Notes: generated from the letters alone by a model not told the origin. A stretch of DNA of 64,000 nt from Tubulanus polymorphus (GCF_964204645.1 NC_134028.1:10478001-10542000); one strand, 5' to 3'; numbered from the stretch's first letter, positions 48,101 through 62,221 are shown. Program-made: numbers and translations.

Positions 48101-51100
48101 TGAAACATCAAGACTATGAGTTAAAACTTCTTGATTTTTTCCTCAAAAAACTTTTTTTCGACCTTCAAATGGGTACTGATGACACTAAGATGGCAACCAA
48201 TTTCGTGATAATTGGCTGATCAACAATACCTCATGTATTAAAAGTCCCTTTCCATAGAACACTCATCACAAATTTCAACGAAAAATGGCAAACCAGTAGG
48301 AAGCTACAGGATTCAGAATTCAGACCAAAATTGACATTTTTGCGCACAAAAAAGGCCACAAGACGGCCATCTTGAATTCGATTGACCCAATTTTTCATGT
48401 ACTGATGGACCATTTGATGAAAAAAATATATACGAAAGATCAAGGTAATTCATCGAAGTGTCTTCAAAATTTCCCTCAAAAATGTGTAAAAAGTGCTGAT
48501 TTTGGCAGACGACATTGGCTGCTAGTTGGCCATCTTGACTGACTGGGCCAGTTTTTTGGCTGAAGATGTGTCTAGGGTAGATACATATGTAAACTTTTTT
48601 TCCTTAACTTGGTAGATCAGTGCTTTTTACATAGTAGCTGTTATGGATCCACATATCCAGTATGTGGGGTTACTGGACCATCAATATGAAATTTGAGGGG
48701 TATTTGAGGCGCTTTTCTAGTATGATCACCAAATTTCAGGGTCATTTTCCAAGACAAAAACCGATACATAAAACAGTACTAGTAGAGAGTACTTATTGGA
48801 ATAAGCAAAATACATTTTGGCGCCTACGAATAAGCTTAACAAATTCAACTGTATTCAATAGTTATTCAATTAAACTGTTCGACTTTGTTTTGAGAACTCA
48901 TCTAAGGTCAGGGGCGGATCCAGGCTGGGAGAAAGGGGGGGCTTCCCATCATATGGTGGGCACTTTATTACTTGTGGCACGTGTTGTCAAACCCCCCTCT
49001 GGATCTGTACCTGGGTTTGGGGCTGTTCACAACTGAAGAACGAGCCTTCTTCAAATAGCCATTTTATCACAATAAGTTTCTGAAAACTTTCTATCACAAA
49101 CTGAACTTATCGCAGAATGCTTGTCTATTGGGTCTTTTAGCAACCAATTTGAAAAATCATCAATTTCGGCATTTTGTATGAATAAGTTTGGTCTTCGACC
49201 TTCAGCTCAACTACAAACTTCCAGTAACTGTCTCTAAACCCCTGGGTAAATATTTCTAATCAATTCTTTGCAATCAATTAAGCCTTCCAAAAAATTGTGA
49301 AAGCTAGTCTGGACTCTAGGGGATGATAACAAGGCCTATAGCCCACATATGACCATTGTTCAAACTAATTGCCATCCAGTGTGCACTCAGTAATCAAAGC
49401 AACTACTGTGATTATCATCAAATAACAATATGCATTCACTCCACCTCACTACAATTTATGAAGGGACAAAAAGATACACAACATCCTTGTAAGGAGATAA
49501 CCAGATAAATCCCACAATAAATTCAGCCAAGAGTATATATATTTGCGCAACGTTTTGGCTAAAGACTATTAGAGAAAATGAGAATATTACAAGATATTTA
49601 TACAAGACCAAAACAATAGGAACAGAGTGAGTGAATAAAATGTTGAAAGGGGAATGGATTAAACTAATGACATAACAGCTGGAAAACAATAATAAAATAA
49701 GCAAAGGCAAACAAGGGGCAATATAGATTAAAGTAATTTAAAAACAAAAGACACGAACTAAAGTGATTAAAACGTGAGGACACGCTAAGAGGTAATCAGA
49801 TGGAGGGAATTAATATAAAGGGGGGGGGGGAGAGAAATTTGGAGATCAAAAAGTTGTGAGGGGAGAAACCGTTATTCAAATTAAATCATTGATTATCGCC
49901 TTTCATGTTCCATTCTCTTTATTTTCATCTGATTACCCCTTTGGCTGAATTTATTGTGGGCTAAAACTCAAAATTTGAAATGGGTTTTGGAATTTTAGAG
50001 GTTTTTAAGGGGCTGTAGGAACCCTGCAAGGTGGCACTCCTTAAAAAAGCTGTACATTATTATGAACTGATTTTGACGAAGTCTTTGTAAGCTTCCTAGT
50101 ATGATATTTAATCCACCAAGGCAGAAACCTGCTATCGCTGCTTTGCAGCTATACTTCAACTTGAAACTGATTATGGGAATTTTTTACTTGACTGGAATCA
50201 ATTTCATTGATGGCTGCATAACAACGAAACCCATCAAAAAACTTTTTTCAAACTCAAAATGAGGACTGATGACCCTAAGATGGCTGTCAATTGTGTCACA
50301 CTTGACTGATCAAAGAATCTGTCTTATATGTTTAAGAGCCCTTCTCGAAGTATATCTATCAAGAATTTCATGGAAAAATGCCAACAGAAAAAGGTCCCGA
50401 GATGGTTATTTGTGTCCGATTGACCCAATTTTGGGGGGGATACAAACATAAATGAAAGATCAAGATAATTTCTGAAGTCTGTGTCATGAACTTACGTTGA
50501 TGGCTTCCAAACTTATGTTACCCCAATGAAAACGGTTCTTTTGGTTATTTAGATAGAAATTTAGATTCATTAACCTGATATATGTATTCTAAGACAAACT
50601 TTCAATTTAGTAATTATAAATGCATTTATGACTTAAAGCATATATGAACGTTTCTTAAATAAGGAATTACACATAAAAAAATGGTCATTCAAAACCCTTC
50701 CGAACTTCTCATGTGAAATATCAATGCTGTTCATGATATGCATTCACAGTAATAGCAGGGTTCGAATTTCACGACGGCAATCAACGGCTTTTGCCGACGA
50801 TGTATAGTAAATAGCCGTTGATGTATCTTTGTACCGATGGCTTCAAAATGCCATCTATTAAATTTTCTTAAAAATGTCGCCGACAATTTCAATCACTGAC
50901 ACCAGATTTTGTAATCAAAATTCGGTAAAAATTCTAGAAAGTTTGACATGCAATTGAAAGTTGCAACGGCTGATGCCTTAACTTAATCCTGTACGGTGCT
51001 GCCACCTTGCAAAATTCCTGTGCTAGCACCAACAACTATTTCCGCATAACCACAATATCCCCCTGCACGAAATACGTATCATAAATTGTGGGATTGTCAT

Positions 51101-54100
51101 TCATGTCGTAAATAATCCATGTTAAAAATCAAACATCTAGATTTGAAATTTAGAATGAAACTGCAGAGGTTTGCATACTTTTACTGGGATGCAATATATT
51201 CACTGGACATGCACATGAATTACCTGGTAAATTTTCTGGTACCGACGGTAAGAGAATCTCTGGTACTGACGGTAACTCTACAGCTGACAATGCGTCTAAT
51301 TCTGCTAACACATTTAGTTCATCTTCTTCTGTTAAACTTCCACTTAACATTTCATCTATTTCCTACATTCATAATTTAATAATATTACTCATACATACAT
51401 ATCGTTTTACAACCAAATAATCCCTGGGATCCCTATAACCACTTAGAAGTAAGCTTCAGATTTTCAAAAAATTACCCTTTGATATTCAATTCCTTCTTGA
51501 GTCTCTTCCATAATTTTCTCAACATCTTCAAGAGACATCAACTAAAGACACAAAAATTGAACAAAAAATTAAACTAGGGGTGCAGAGGCACCATACCCCC
51601 TTGAGGAGTTGTTTGAAATGCTCAACATCCCGACAGTTTCAATATTCAACACCCCTGTGGTGTTACAATTTGCAACTAATTGTGGTAACAATATGCCTAG
51701 GTACTAATATTATATGAAATACTAAGAACTTAGTAGTTCCACTTGTCAATGCCTCTAATGAAAACCAATGAAATTCACGACATTCATAGAAAATGCTGCG
51801 ACCAAATACCGATTTTGGACAGGTTCTAAAAAAGCCGCGGCGAATTTACTTAATTTCTTCCAAAACGTGGTATTCAAAGAAAAAAAAAAACGTCATTCGG
51901 TTAATTATTGCTGCAGTTTTCGCAGCTGCAGTCGCTGCATTTTCAACGCCACTGCTACATACATTGCTATTATCTTTTGGATATCTCTGCTATACATCTT
52001 TCCATGATGAGTGAATATTTAGGGTTCCAGTTTGTGATAGAAATGGCGGGGTGAACAGATCAATGACAGATGCAAGTACGACATAACAAATTGACAGAAA
52101 GTAACAATATACCTGATGCATTTTATTGAGCGCTTCATTTCCTTGTTTTAAACCTTGTAAAACTTTACTTTCAATTTGAGAAAATTCTAGATCCGTTACC
52201 TATAATAAAGAAATACAACAGTGATGACCAAAATAGATACCATACTTACTTTTCTATACCGGTACTAATCTTTTTTCTCTGCTCATTTCAAAAGAGGTTC
52301 CAGAATAAAAAAGTTTTGTTTGTTTCTAGCTATGCCCGCAGATACATCCTTCGCAGGGTGGGATACAAGATTCTTTCTAAGTAAGGGTTGAGTATGTAGT
52401 AACTTTGCGTGTCAAAGGTGTAGAGCCACCACTCAGAGCAGCAAATGAAAAGGTTCACTGTCAATTAATCCAATATGGCAACAAAATTTTCATACATTCT
52501 TACTGTCTATTATCATAGAACCACTGCAACCGTAAATTTTCGTGTGGTTCAGCCCAAACCAACTTGGACTTATTGATGCAGTTAGTTCGACTGTGCACCT
52601 AAAGGTTATGCTGGAGCCATAAAGTGTCAGTTCAACCTTTTCCAAGGCCAAATATTTACCATTTGATCTATACCATCCAGTTGTTTATCTGTTTTTTCCA
52701 ATAAAGATTCTTGGAATCTTTTTTTCCTAAGAAGTGACTTTGCTTTACTGTAAAGATAAAGACATGAGACTAGGAGGATTAAGCTGACAGTATATTTATT
52801 TATCAGCCTTGATCCATCAACTCTGCAAGTATGTCTCAGTGCTATGAAGAGGCTTGTATGCGGATTGACTAATTTAAATAAACAGGTAAACTGTGGTAGT
52901 CCATGTAGTTGGGGAGCCGGCTAGCCAAAACACGCTCAAGTATCTTAGACACAAATGAGTTTTATAAAATGTCAGAATTGTTCACTATTGTATGCCCTTG
53001 CTATCATTTTATATGAAACAATAAAGATATATAAAAAAGTATACCGTAGATCCATGAAATAAGTGAAATAATCAATGTTGTTTTTATACATTCTATGTAG
53101 GCTATGCGTACTCATGCTTTTGTTGATTGTCTGAAGTGATGTCATAAAACATGGAGCTGCCGTAAAATGAAGCATGATTGAGTGGCTAATAAATACCTAA
53201 TTTGCGGCTAATTATTGACTTTTCTCCTATTCAGGCATTTTCCAGATGGAACAAATTTACACAAAAATATACCGAACTTTGATTTTCACTGAAATCTTTT
53301 CTCGCCATATCATCTTCGATTGATTAAGTTTTAAATGGCACTAATCACACATCAAAAGTGTATGGAACAAAAGACAGGTATGGATACACAACATTTTGTG
53401 AGCAAGTTATTTCCAAGTCTGCAGAGCCATTATGAAGACTGTTGAAATACAATGAAGTCATAAATCATACATTGATTATGATTGAATCTGAGAAGTTCAA
53501 ATCTGTAATCACTGTCAGAACGCACATTTTCGTCACCTGATGGATCCTTGCTTGCCACGAGCAGAATCCTGCAACTGTGGACTGCTGAGTCTTCAGCATA
53601 CTCTCAGTGAGAATAATACTTACTCTTTCAATCCATCCTTCAGTAACTGTTTGGCAATCTGTCGCTCTTTTTCAAGTTGAATACCAATCTTTTTCTGGTA
53701 TTGTTTCAATTTGTCTCTTTGCTGTTTCAGTTGCTAAAAAGAGAAATCAAGGGAATCAATAGGAAACAGTTGAGGTAAACCCCAGTAAAGGTTAGCATTT
53801 GTTTCTAAATCTCAGATAGGAATATTACACTAAGCCTACAGGAAAGTTGGCATGTGAATCGATGGTCACATTTTACCTTGGGTGATTGGGTCGACTTTTT
53901 TTGCAACTACAGTCTACCTCGGATGTAACGTAGCAGTTGAATAATCGGAGAAGAAATAATTATTATTTGCCTCCTTAAGTAATATCATACTTCTCTTGAT
54001 AACTAATTACCTTTCTTTTAGAAGACATTGTGCTGCTTTAAAACACGCGCTACTGACTACAGCGTATTGTGTAGGGCTATGATATGCCTCTACATGTATG

Positions 54101-57100
54101 TAAGTGCTGTCATGGAAACTATCAATAACTCAGACATGGCAAGTGTGCGTATATACAGTAGTAGGGCTATTGCATTGTATTAACACTTACGTTTTTATCA
54201 GTCGTATTTTTTCTCATTTCTTAATCTTTGCGATACGTTACATCCGAGGATAATTAACTTGATTTGACTAATTGGGACCAAATAATTTATATGATATAAG
54301 TGATCTTCATTATAAAATATACGGTTTTGGTAAGGCTTAATAGAAGGAAAAAATCGGGACCTGGGAAAGAATACGATATAAGTGAATCTACGGTAAATCC
54401 AACGACGTTACATCCGAGGTAGACTGAACTTTCATCAAAGGGTCCAGGGACACCATGCCCACTTGAAATTAAAGCCCCCCCCGGCGAACTGTCACCCTGA
54501 TATAAGTCACATGATAATATTATGATAACTCCACTAGAAAGTTTGTTTTTGGGCCGTTTTTGCCTCAAAATCATCATTATTTTAATACCAGGCCCCACAT
54601 TGGGTTCGATAAATCAAAAGTGAAGACTTGTTACAAATATTTGCAGAAACATGTTTGATCGAATCAATTCAAGAAAGAAAAATAGGTCCATGGACCTCAA
54701 CAGATACAATCTCACCTAAAAAATCACTTCCCCACAGTGTCACAGTTGTGACAATCTTCTGATTGGCTTTTTAAAACTAATATTTCAGCGTTCAGATATT
54801 CCCGAAAAAGCTCAAATAAATTTTAACGAGGCCCTTTTCCAAAATTCAGCTCCATAGGATTTGGAGAATGAATGAATGATTTGTATGAATATATGCTTAG
54901 TTGCAGTCAAAGGGCCTTAGCTCTGGAAACCATGTCCTTTATATTCGCTCCATTTGTATAGTAATAGGCTAAGTCTACGGCTGGCCTAAAATTTAGTTGC
55001 TTGTTGAGAAACCGTTGGCACGTAAGGTACAATAAATAGTTGTTGAATATAATAATAAAATTAATAACCTTTTGATAAATAATATACCTAAAATCGAATC
55101 TTTTAAGTGTGGAATTTATAGGACACCTTGCAAGGTCTGGGATAAAGTTAATTATGGCGAAATGGGTCGAAAACCAACTTAACCAACGTTTTTAAGAACA
55201 TAGATTAGATATTAATTACTTCAAACTAGGGAATGCAGAACTTTGCTAACCCTGTTTTTCAAATATCTCATAATTTTGACTTTGACAACGCCAAATTAGT
55301 TTATCCCTGTGATGATAAACATGAACTAGGGGTCCAGGGACACCATGTCTACTTGGGAAGTGGTTTCAAATGCTCAACAATCCATCAATTTCAATATTCA
55401 ATGCCCCCTGGTGATACTGAAACCAATAACATTGATTCTCACCGCAATCACAGATAATTTCACAAGCTACAATTTTGCAATTGATGGTGATAACAAAATA
55501 TGTCTAGGTACCAATATAATATGAAAAACTCAGTTATTGAATCATTCAATTTTTTTCCACTTATGAAGCTTCTATTCATTAGAAGTGAAAGCTCGTGCAT
55601 CAAATAAATAGTTAACCTATACAGTACTACTCGTCTCGTCACTTATGAATGAGGACTGATGACAAAAAGGGTCACAGGAAAGGGTCATTGGACTACATCC
55701 AATTTCTCTCATGCTGATGGGCCCTTGGGGGATACAAGGGCCCAGAAGCCTCTGACGCTCATATGCTTCACAAGAAAAATTTTTGTAATTCTAGGTGCTG
55801 AGAGAGTTTTCCCAGCATTTGGGGACCATAATAAACTAGTTTAAATTCAGTAATTTTTATGTAGCAGCGATCGTTGGTAGTTTGCTTGAGGCACTTTTCT
55901 GCCCTTGGTAGGCTTATTACGTGCATTAAATAGTTCCATATTCTCATCTATTAATAAATTTCAATTTTATCATTATAGCTTAGGAAGCATTTATAAATTT
56001 CAATTTTCAAAATATTTTGGTGACTGATAAGTTATGATGATGAAGTTTTTCATCTCGATAGGAGACAAGACAAGGAGCCTATTGGCTCATATAGCTCTGC
56101 TGTGTGATTTGAAGAAATAGAAGCTGCATACCTAGGGGGTGCCCCCTTGTGGCCAAATCCAAAAAGGGCTTTATACTTTGTAGGTATTGGTCCATAGACC
56201 ATTCATACCAAATTTGGACATGATCTGATTAAAACTGTAGGACTAAAAGCAATTTGAAGAAATAAAAACTCCATCTCCGGAGCACCCCCTGGTGGACGAA
56301 TCCAAAAAAATGGCTGGGCAACTTCATAGGTCTTGTTCCATAAGACATTCAAACATTCGAATTGATCCGATTAAAACTGTAGGACTAGTAGCAATTTGAA
56401 GAAATAGAAACTCCACCACCAGGGGCACCCCCCGGGGGACGAATCCAAAAAATGGCTCTGTAACTTTCACCCTTTCCAAAGAATACCCTTCACAAATTGC
56501 AATGTGAAATGGCAAACCAGTAGGAAGCTACAGGACTCAGATAAATCTTATCCGTGTTCTGGCTTATAGGCCTATTTGATCCGTTCGAAACTTACCTACA
56601 GGTACGTAATAAATTTCCTGTTTCTCTGGGATATTTCGCTTACTTTTTAGGGTACGAACGAACGGACGGACGAAAAGTGAAGGCAATAGCTAAATCCCAA
56701 GCGGGCTAAAAAACCATTATGCATAGACCAGTGCAGCAGTTTCATTTCTAGAAGTATGGATGACTGACGACCCTTTGATAAACACGTACATGTGGATTCT
56801 AGAAAGTGTCTTTTTAACCGAATCTGACTAGGCCTAGCTGACAAAGTCAGAAAACTAGGGGTCCAGGGACACCAAGCCCACTTGGGAAATGGTTTCAAAT
56901 GCTCAACAATCTAACAATTTCAATATTCAACACCCCCTGGTCACCATATACAACTAGGGGTCCAGGGACAGAATGCCAAAAGTCGCGAACAACACCTGAA
57001 TATCCGATATCATTCCAGGTGCCAATGGTAACAATGTTCAAATTCAAGAAATTTCATAAAATGGAGCATTTTCTCTCTTAGTCAACAGGATTAAAGGAGT

Positions 57101-60100
57101 CTTTTTGGCCAATCCATCTTATTGGTACAGAACTGGAATGATAACGGATATTCACTTGTTGTTCGCGATTTTTTAATTCTTTTAAGACCTAAACGAGGTA
57201 TGTACCCCAAAAAGTAAGCGAAATATCCCAGAGAAACAGGTCTCATCCATTAATTAATGGACATTAAAACAGAAATTTTTTTGTGTACATTTGTAATACC
57301 GGGTACGTTATTTGTTGTGCCTTTTATTTTTTCCTCACAGAAAATTGAATTTGTCTTCTTTGAAATGTGGATTAACATTTTGCAATGTCAAAGTTCGGGA
57401 TCGCAGTTCATCAATCTCTTCCTTTTCATTTAAGTTGCCTTGGAATAAAGCTGATGGTCAGTTTCGTTTCACAAAGAGTTTTCCCATTAATCATCTATTC
57501 AATTTCTTCTGGTCATAGGCTATCCTCTCTGTAAAACTGGGGCCCAGGGAGTCAACGTACATTTTACATGGGATTCTTTCCTAATTTCCTATATTTATTA
57601 TTGAGAAATTCCCCTAATTTCTCGATAATCCTGAGAAATTTTCGGAACGTTTTATCCATTAAATAGGAAATTTTCTAGTGTTCATTATATATATATCCCA
57701 GAATATTGGAGTAATTTCTTTCACAGTAGTCAATGGGTGCTAGTATTTTATCTTGATTTGCATTACAGGGTATAGGCGTATAGTAAAATTAGATCAGTGG
57801 TTGTAAGGCATCCGTCACTTAGATTTCATCTATTACATATTAATGTTAATTATTACTATCTAGGCTAAATAAAAAGACAAGTAAAAATGCAGATCCGCAC
57901 CTCTCGTGATTGACGCAATCTACTGAATTACAAATCACTGTTCTAACTTCAGAATGTGTCACAGAATCCAATGCAGTGATTTATTTTATGATATCTCTTC
58001 TAGAAAGCAGATTATTGGCCCGGTTTTTATCTCAGAATCGTGACAATCTTTCGATAGGACGCCATATTGGATAAGGAAATCTTAAGTGAAGATTTGTCTT
58101 AAGTAGGGTTTTCAAGTGAAAATTTTCCAAACACTATACAAACAATTTAAAAAGCCTAGATGAAAGAAGGGTTTAATATAAGATCATAGCAATTTACAGA
58201 ACTAAAATCGGTCAAGCCATTCAAAAGTTATGAAGGAATTTGTCGGCTGAAAATCACACTTCTCAGCCATAGAGTCTTCATTAGGAAATGAACTAAAGGT
58301 CACAAGGTCAAATGGTGACCAAATGATCAATTTCTTAGTTAAGAAATAATTGAAATGAGAAAAGAAACTTGTACATCTTTGGGAATTGTCATCCGATTTC
58401 AATCAAACTTTGGAAAAATACAGAATAATAGTTTTCCTATTGATTATAAAACTTAAAGTAATTATTAATTAAGCCAATTAAGGGTAAAAAGCTTAATTAA
58501 TTGGCTCATTGCCATTTCCAGGTATTTATCAGCTAAAAACAAAGGATAAATGTTTACTTATTTGTGTTCGACTTCACAGGGACAAATATATCCGACTATA
58601 ATTTACCACAGACATCGCAACACATTAAAGTTGGTTGCCATGGTAACCACAATAGCAACAATTGATATTTGGGATTAAAATGGTTGCCGGCGCTCGGAAA
58701 GTATTTCAAACCCAAAAACGTATCATGATTGGTTTACAAACTGATCGTATTTACCCCAGCTTCCTCTATTTAATCAGGATTCATGCATTCAGTTGATTGG
58801 TAAGAAAATATTAGTGATCCAGTAAGAATTTTTGAATTTCAAATTTAGGCCAAGTCACGTTAGGCCTATTGGATCCTCGTAGCTAAAAAAGATCCAGAAA
58901 GAACCTTTATGGTATATAAAGTACTTGAAGAAGGATCTATTAATTGAAACTTTTATCTTTTGCAGGTCACTCTAAGAACTATGATGTTAAATAAGCCAAC
59001 CCCTCTTAAAAGAATCATTATGCAAAATGTAGGCCAAGTCCTAAAAGCTTTAACTCTCACTGAGATGGAGTTATTCAAACTGCAACCATCTTATCTAAAT
59101 AAGCTTCAATATAGATATTTTAATGGAATTGTGGATTGAGAATTTTATATGAGCAATAAAATACAGCAATTATAAATTTTGTGGCGGCCCAAGTCCAAGG
59201 AAGATGATAATTGACTACGAGTGGAGTCAGCTTTGGCCGTTTCAATTGTAGCTTGAAAAACATAAATAAATGATTTTTTGATAAATAAATATTGTATTTT
59301 CATTTCAGTTTAGGTTTTTTATGTGGACTTTTTTATTGGGGAGAGGCAGGGGGGTTCATCTTGCTGCTTTTTCAGTGTGACTGTGATTGATGAGGTAGGC
59401 CTAAGGCCTTCAGAATGACACACGGGATTTCTTGAGCTTTATCGGCGACATCTTCCCCAAAGTTGCTCAAAATAAAGTAATTATCATAAATTTCATTGAT
59501 TCTGAGAGAAAATGACTTAAAACAACTTAAAACTAGCATAAACAGCTGATTTACACCACAGGGGCTCGTATCAGAGTTGTAGGTAATGTAAAAACGATAA
59601 TCTGTTAATCCAATGTATATAGAAAATATAAAATAACAAGGGGGCTAACGACGCTCACAAACTACTCAACTTCAGTCGCTTACTTTTTCGTTATTTTTCA
59701 TCCGATTTTGATAATCCAGGCATGATATGAAAGCTAATACCTTCCTGCTTCTAACGAAACTAATCCCGTTAATTTCCGATGAATAGTTCGTTCAAAGACA
59801 TATAATTCACGAACTATTCATCGGAAATTAACGGGATTATGTTCGTTAGAAGCAGGAAGGTATTAGCTTTCATATAATGCCTGGATTATCAAAATCGGAT
59901 GAAAAATAACGAAAAAGTAAGCGACTGAAGTTGAGTAGTTTGTGAGCGTCGTTAGCCCCCTTGTTATTTTATATATACTATATACATTGGATTAACAGAT
60001 TATCGTTTTTACATTACCTACAACTCTGATACGAGCCCCTGTGATTTACACATGTAAAAAAACGCTTACGCGAACCCGGAAGTGAATGAAAATGCCCGGA

Positions 60101-62221
60101 TGTAGCAATTTTGTCGATGCTTCCCAAATTTAACCCAAAAGTCGAGAGCGATGGCTTAACGAATCAAACTAAAACCTTTTGCAATATACACTAAAACTAC
60201 TATATTTTTCCACCTGGGGGAGAACTAATTTCTAAATTTCATAATTTGATGAAATATATTGCGTTAAAATCTTTTAAGTGTCGCAAAATCGGTCAAATTG
60301 CCGGTACAAACAAGTACGGCATATCTGGATGTCAATCGAGAAGTTTTGAAAACACCTGTCAAGGTTTCGTGATCCCCAGTCCGGCCCCTTTTCTGCAGTA
60401 TCGCCTAGAAGATGGGCATCTCAAAACTGCATTTTTCGAAATCCGCGGTGAAGAGTACACGCGCACCTGTCAATCAACAATCTAAAGTTGGCTGGAGCTT
60501 GTAGGCTAACTCACGAACTACGCCGCGCATCAACATGGAATTTTCAACACAGTAGGCCCTACAAGATGCTTATTATCTTTCCTCGAAAATTTAGTTCAAG
60601 TAAATCGGATGACAATTACAAGATTTATCAAGTTCATAACTTTTGAAGTGGGAAAAAACGGCACTATGGCCGGTTTAGGTCACATGATCCGAAAACCCTA
60701 TCTTCCCTATCTTTAGTTAGTTACCTAATCGTTGGTGGTAAGCTTTTTATAATCGGATGGGCTTATACCAACGTTAGGGATGACAAGGACCAAAACACGG
60801 TTGAAAAAAGTAACACTTCAAAAATATACTTTCTATTCACTTCAGTCCACAATTAATGGCTTAATTCACAAACTTACACAGGTACCTTTCGAAATAATCC
60901 AATTTTATGTATGTTTCGAGTGATTAATCAACATTATTTTGAGAAATTAATTAATTTCTCCACAAATTTCGCCATTGGCCGCCATTTCTCTGTATTGCAC
61001 ATGTGGCATGATAAGACAAGGGGACCTACAAGGATTTATATAAAACTTCCAAGACGAAACGACAATTTTTATTTTTGATGGTTTTCTAACTTTTATTTCA
61101 AGTCTTCGTGTTTTCCATAATAAATAATGAAATAATAAATTTCTGGTAAAAGAAAAATGTGAATAAAAATTGATTTTTTAATTTTTTTAAATTTCGTCGT
61201 TTCGCTTTGTTAGTTTGTGCTGTTGTCCTGGCCTCAGTCCACAGGTGCCAGCACCTCCAGTAATTTTCAAAATGGCAGCTGTTGACTGGACGGAAATTTA
61301 CTCTCACTTTACGGCCGATTTGCACAGGGATTAAGATCGTCAGGTGAGGTGTTATAGGTATCAGACAAACTACGAATCTGTTGTGCGTCGATTACAACAA
61401 AAATGAGACAGATATCTTAAGAGACAATGAAATGCCAGGCAAATTACTCGTCAGTCAAATTGGCTGACGAAGATTTCATACAAAAATGACCTTCCCATTC
61501 CTGACTGTGGTTTGAGAAAATATCCGATCGTGAAACTAAACCACAGTCAGGTTACTGACTACCCTATCTTAAGTTATTACTGAAACGATGTGAGGGTAAT
61601 CAGTACATAAAGCTAATCAAATTTTTGTCAACTATCGCTGGGGTTATGCTAACCAAATATCAAGATATCATCGTTGAAATAGACAAGAAATTTATATTAT
61701 TTCTTCCTCAAAATGAGTGGGTCATGAAACATTGTTTCACCAAATATTCTAAACAAATCTTCACTTTAGATTGACCCATCCAATATGGCGTCCGGTTCAA
61801 AAATCGTGAGGATCTCGAGACAAAATCCAGGCTAAAATGTACTTTCTAGTGTAGATACCATAAAATAAACTAGTGTACTGAATTGCTGACATTTTGGGTC
61901 TGAATCAGTGATATTTAATGTAATTGATTGAACCATTTACGAGAGGTGCGGATCTGTTCTTTTACCCAAAGGTTAACTATCTTTCAAATTCAGCAAAATA
62001 GCGTTTTTTCATTCAAAACGTTTATGTTTTTAGAAAGTCTGGAAATCAAATAGTTGGCCAGTAAGTAGTAGCTAAATGACTGCTATTTTGGCACCAAAAT
62101 ACCCACAAGATTAAGAAGGCTACTAAAAATACTAAAATTAAATGATTGTTACCAGTACTGCTCTGTCCTGTTCAGTTACTCGAGATTCGTGTTTCTTTGA
62201 CTTTCCGAATAAAGCACCCAT
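45113..62221 (-). CDS. CHMP6: Charged multivesicular body protein 6 (ESCRT-III, VPS20); complement join(62153..62221,53624..53733,52660..52747,52113..52199,51476..51541,51224..51362,45113..45159), 201 aa
   Basis: Assembled protein MGALFGKSKKHESRVTEQDRAVLQLKQQRDKLKQYQKKI...DLEFSQIESKVLQGLKQGNEALNKMHQLMSLEDVEKIMEETQEGIEYQREIDEMLSGSLTEEDE...LPSVPE...AVMAS*. It is colinear with CHMP6/Vps20 (N-myristoylation Gly2, Snf7 helices, MIM2-like motif). All introns GT-AG; 606 nt. Confidence 0.95.
45957..46499. mobile_element. PIF/Harbinger MITE, copy 2, inserted into a HINE-A tandem unit
   Basis: TGA|GGCCATCCCAAA...TTTGGGCTGGCC|TGA; removing it restores the HINE-A sequence GTCATGAGCTACAA. Confidence 0.8.
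51224..51362 (-). CDS. CHMP6: CHMP6 exon 6 (EIDEMLSGSLTEEDE...LPSVPEILLPSVPENLP)
   Basis: Acceptor tgtag, donor G/GTAATT; overlaps ORF 51150..51350. Confidence 0.93.
51476..51541 (-). CDS. CHMP6: CHMP6 exon 5 (LMSLEDVEKIMEETQEGIEYQR)
   Basis: Acceptor ctttag, donor GTAATT. Confidence 0.95.
52113..52199 (-). CDS. CHMP6: CHMP6 exon 4 (VTDLEFSQIESKVLQGLKQGNEALNKMHQ)
   Basis: Acceptor ttatag, donor GTATAT. Confidence 0.95.
52660..52747 (-). CDS. CHMP6: CHMP6 exon 3 (KAKSLLRKKRFQESLLEKTDKQLDGIDQM)
   Basis: Acceptor ttacag, donor GTAAAT; phase fits. Confidence 0.95.
53624..53733 (-). CDS. CHMP6: CHMP6 exon 2 (QLKQQRDKLKQYQKKI...)
   Basis: Acceptor ttttag, donor GTAAGT; conserved helix 1. Confidence 0.95.
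53910..54426. mobile_element. Tc1/pogo-like MITE
   Basis: 22-bp TIR CAGTCTACCTCGGATGTAACGT with TA on the left side. Confidence 0.7.
56617..57240. repeat. Inverted-repeat (foldback) element interrupted by HINE fragments
   Basis: 39-bp IR with 1 mismatch (56617-56655 and 57202-57240) plus an inner IR (~56979-57020 and ~57138-57172). Confidence 0.6.
59557..60043. mobile_element. Young palindromic MITE (235-bp arms, 17-nt loop) with 8-bp TSD; P-element- or hAT-type
   Basis: ATTTACAC|CACAGGGG...CCCCTGTG|ATTTACAC; I count 5 mismatches between the arms. Confidence 0.9.
62153..62221 (-). CDS. CHMP6: CHMP6 exon 1 (MGALFGKSKKHESRVTEQDRAVL)
   Basis: ATG at 62221, SRVTEQD motif, donor GTAACA. Confidence 0.93.

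Noticed and set aside
57455-57486. MGKLFVKRN on - as a candidate CHMP6 first exon
   Set aside because: Stops after 9 codons with no donor site; the true exon 1 with SRVTEQD is at 62153-62221.
57890-61960. Diverged inverted pair (~57890-58090 and ~61750-61960) roughly symmetric around the perfect palindrome
   Set aside because: Distances are unequal and identity is much lower than in the palindrome; most simply two old copies of a dispersed repeat.
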